64,000 nt of DNA from Rhizobium sp. (GTDB taxonomy: Bacteria > Pseudomonadota > Alphaproteobacteria > Rhizobiales > Rhizobiaceae): contig DASWOH010000157.1 of NCBI GenBank assembly GCA_036398815.1, positions 7,072 through 71,071 on the forward strand, written 5' to 3'. This document shows positions 60,161 through 64,000 of this stretch, piece after piece (within the stretch, counting starts at the first letter, position 1; every line of letters starts with the position of its first letter). The notes under the pieces are model-generated. The model was not told the DNA's origin. It did no database searches and saw only the letters and a list, made by a program, of their open reading frames with translations. The translations under genes were made by a program, and so were the position numbers.

Positions 60161-60176
60161 TACGAACTAGTTCGTA
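60161..60176. promoter_or_regulatory. Perfect palindromic operator TACGAACTAGTTCGTA (copy 2)
   Basis: Within a 24-bp sequence identical to 55861-55884, upstream of the MFS gene. Confidence 0.85.
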
Positions 60177-60497
60177 TTGTAAACTCTCAATTTGCGACCG
60201 TTGATCGAGCGCTGCGACCAGCCTGTTGAATAGAGCTTTAATTGCATCCAGAAGTGTAGTATATGAATTAGAAATATTGACCATAAGATGCAGATCGGCG
60301 CCTGCACTTCGGAAAAGATGTCGAACCTCGGTCTCCGCGTTCATGCGTGTGACCTCGTTCCCCCGCCGATCTTCAGCAATACGCTTAGTTGTCTTTCGCC
60401 AGTAAACGTCTGCCGTCAGGCCGTTCTTGCGCAGCAACTTGTCTGGAACAGTTCTTGCTTAGTTACCAGTATTCTAAAGATTCGGAGACCATGCGTT

Positions 60498-60776
60498 ATG
60501 AAATGGCACACTTCGCATCAGTTTCCCGCGGTGAGGCTCATCGTGCGTGGCAGAGAAAAATACAGGGTCATCAAATCGGTCCGAGAGGCGGCAGTAACGC
60601 TGATTTCGGATTGGCCGAGCGATGACGGTGAAGAATATGTCGTGGCAATCAGAACCTGCCTGGATGCCTTGCACGATGTCGTCCCTCCGGAAGCTGTCAG
60701 GGAAGCCCTTATCCGCGCCGCCAATGAGGAGAGGATCTCGCATATTTCGGTGGTTGCGTCGGCTTATAGAGAATAG
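60498..60776 (+). CDS. DUF982-family small protein
   Basis: SVREAA..L...WP...G..Y..A...C.DAL......VREALIRAA.E pattern typical of rhizobial DUF982. Confidence 0.8.
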   Translation: MKWHTSHQFPAVRLIVRGREKYRVIKSVREAAVTLISDWPSDDGEEYVVAIRTCLDALHDVVPPEAVREALIRAANEERISHISVVASAYRE

Positions 60777-61063
60777 TCCCCGGACAACCGCCGCGAGGCC
60801 GACGAATGAGCGTCCTAAAGCGTAGCGAGGCCCATGGAGCATATCTCCATTCGGCCCAGTCCCGGTCGTTCTTGCTCTCTTTATGTTCCGTTCAGGTCAT
60901 TTCACCTCTAACAGTGAATTGGCGGCGTGGAATTTTGTCGTTGCAGCAACATTGCCTTTGGTCGGAGAACTTTTCTTTCGATCGCCCTCTTTTGGAATGC
61001 CGTTCCTCTCAAGACCCATAAATCTATATATTTTATGGACAACAAACACGGAGAGGACATTCC

Positions 61064-62071
61064 ATGACAGAACAAGACAGGTCCGGCTTCGGCCGCCGCG
61101 AAATCCTGAAGCTCGCAGCCGTCACAGGCGCGACGTTTGCGGGCGCCAGCCTATTTGCCGGACAGTCGGCCGCAGCCGACGAAAGTCTATCGCTGAAGGG
61201 CAAGCGCATCGCCATCAGCGCGACCGGCACCGACCATTATTTCGATCTGCAGGCCTATAATGCCCAGATCGCGGAGGTCAAACGCCTCGGCGGCGAGCCG
61301 ATCGCCGTCGACGCCGGCCGCAACGACGGCAAGCTGGTTTCGCAATTGCAGACGCTCATCGCCCAGAGGCCCGATGCCATCGTGCAGATTCTCGGCACGC
61401 TCAGCGTCATCGATCCCTGGCTGAAGAAGGCCCGCGATGCCGGCATTCCGGTCCTGACGGTGGATGTCGGCTCCACCAACTCGATCAACAACACAACCTC
61501 CGACAATTGGGGCATAGGCAAGGATCTTGCCCTGCAGCTCGTGTCCGACATCGGTGGCGAAGGCAATATCCTCGTCTTCAACGGCTTTTATGGCGTCACG
61601 CCTTGCGCGATCCGCTACGACCAGCTCGTCAACGTCATCAAGTATTTCCCGAAGGTGAAGATCATCCAGCCGGAACTGCGCGACGTGATCCCCAACACCG
61701 TTCAGGATGCCTTCACCCAGGTCACGGCGCTCCTGAACAAATATCCGGAGAAGGGCTCGATCAAGGCGATCTGGTCTGCCTGGGACATTCCGCAGCTTGG
61801 CGCGACGCAGGCGATTGCCGCAGCCGGTCGCACCGAAATCCGTACCTATGGTGTCGATGGAAGCCCGGAGGTGTTGCAACTGGTCGCCGATCCGAATTCG
61901 CCGGCGGGCGCAGACGCGGCACAGCAGCCGGCCGAAATCGGCCGCACCGCGATCCGCAACGTCGCCAAGCTCCTGGCCGGACAGACCTTGCCGCGCGAAA
62001 CCTATGTGCCGGCGCTTCTGGCCAACAAGGCCAATGTAGGTGAAGTCGTCAAGAAACTCGGCATCGGTTGA
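61064..62071 (+). CDS. Sugar (RbsB-like) ABC substrate-binding protein with Tat signal
   Basis: GRREIL, AGIPVLTVD, SDNWGIG, YGVDG. Confidence 0.9.
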   Translation: MTEQDRSGFGRREILKLAAVTGATFAGASLFAGQSAAADESLSLKGKRIAISATGTDHYFDLQAYNAQIAEVKRLGGEPIAVDAGRNDGKLVSQLQTLIAQRPDAIVQILGTLSVIDPWLKKARDAGIPVLTVDVGSTNSINNTTSDNWGIGKDLALQLVSDIGGEGNILVFNGFYGVTPCAIRYDQLVNVIKYFPKVKIIQPELRDVIPNTVQDAFTQVTALLNKYPEKGSIKAIWSAWDIPQLGATQAIAAAGRTEIRTYGVDGSPEVLQLVADPNSPAGADAAQQPAEIGRTAIRNVAKLLAGQTLPRETYVPALLANKANVGEVVKKLGIG

Positions 62072-62080
62072 TCTTTTCCT

Positions 62081-62109
62081 TGGCGATGCGGCCGGCGGCC
62101 GCATCGCCA
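62081..62109 (+). terminator. Intercistronic stem-loop after the SBP gene
   Basis: TGGCGATGCGGCC-GGC-GGCCGCATCGCCA, perfect 13-bp stem, no U tract. Confidence 0.6.
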
Positions 62110-62130
62110 TGATTCCATCGGAGCCTTCCA

Positions 62131-63670
<1,540 letters not shown>

Positions 63671-63681
<11 letters not shown>

Positions 63682-64000
63682 CATTCAATACCCTCCCGTC
63701 ACTGGCCTTGCCGCCGCGCAAGCACCACGCCGTAGGGGCGGCAATATCGCGACGGCGGCCCTGCGCTTCGGCTCGCTGATCACCTTTGCGCTGATCCTCG
63801 CCGCCTTCTCGCTGACGGCGCCCTATTTCCTCAGCATCGGCAATATCGGCAATGTGCTTGGCCAGTCCGCCATTTCCGGCGTGCTGGCAATCGGACTGAC
63901 CATCGTGCTGATCGCCGGCGGCGCCAATGTCGTCACCGGCGGCATCGATCTGTCACTCGCCGCCAATATGGGCCTCAGCGCCGCCGTCTATGCGACGCTG
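63671..64000 (+). CDS. Sugar ABC permease (3' end runs off the window)
   Basis: ATG 63671; ...PYFLSIGNIGNVLGQSAISGVLAIGLTIVLIAGG...GGIDLSLAAN. Confidence 0.88.

Noticed and set aside
60021-60437. 140-aa N-terminal extension of the MFS ORF
   Set aside because: It spans the promoter and operator; there is a strong GGAGG RBS before ATG 60020 and family homology starts there.

Overview
GC-rich, gene-dense accessory region typical of a Rhizobiaceae (Rhizobium/Agrobacterium/Ensifer-like) secondary replicon; the taxon and replicon type are inferred. It is a mosaic of uptake and catabolism modules with no core genes, rRNA, tRNA or CRISPR. (1) 1-11.1 kb is a decaying zone: GDPD, dppC, a frameshifted LacI fused by deletion to a dppB tail, GlcG, an IS110/IS1111 remnant, a two-ureohydrolase amino-acid ABC operon whose ATPase carries a nonsense codon, and an idonate-dehydrogenase-like ruin. 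(2) 11.1-29.3 kb is an 18-kb N-heterocycle/nucleoside catabolic island with two ABC systems and nine enzymes. It is tied together by a repeated TGNATAC motif pair spaced 21 bp apart and a sigma-54 promoter. (3) 29.7-40.6 kb is a HutC-controlled cluster: HisC and HisD paralogs, SDR, Zn-ADH, a kinase-fold protein, an alpha-hydroxy-acid oxidase and an ABC importer. It looks like an uncharacterised imidazole-compound-to-histidine pathway. (4) BMP-type ABC importer plus amidase. (5) PhoA-type alkaline phosphatase with a Zrg-like CxxC/ABC/His-rich permease module. (6) Crp/Fnr, VOC and GhrA genes. (7) A shikimate/quinate module with a duplicated perfect TetR-type operator. (8) The start of a sugar ABC operon. 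Two orphan IS1111-type right-end non-coding regions (seekRNA/bridge-RNA-like) bracket the 4.2-29.3 kb block.
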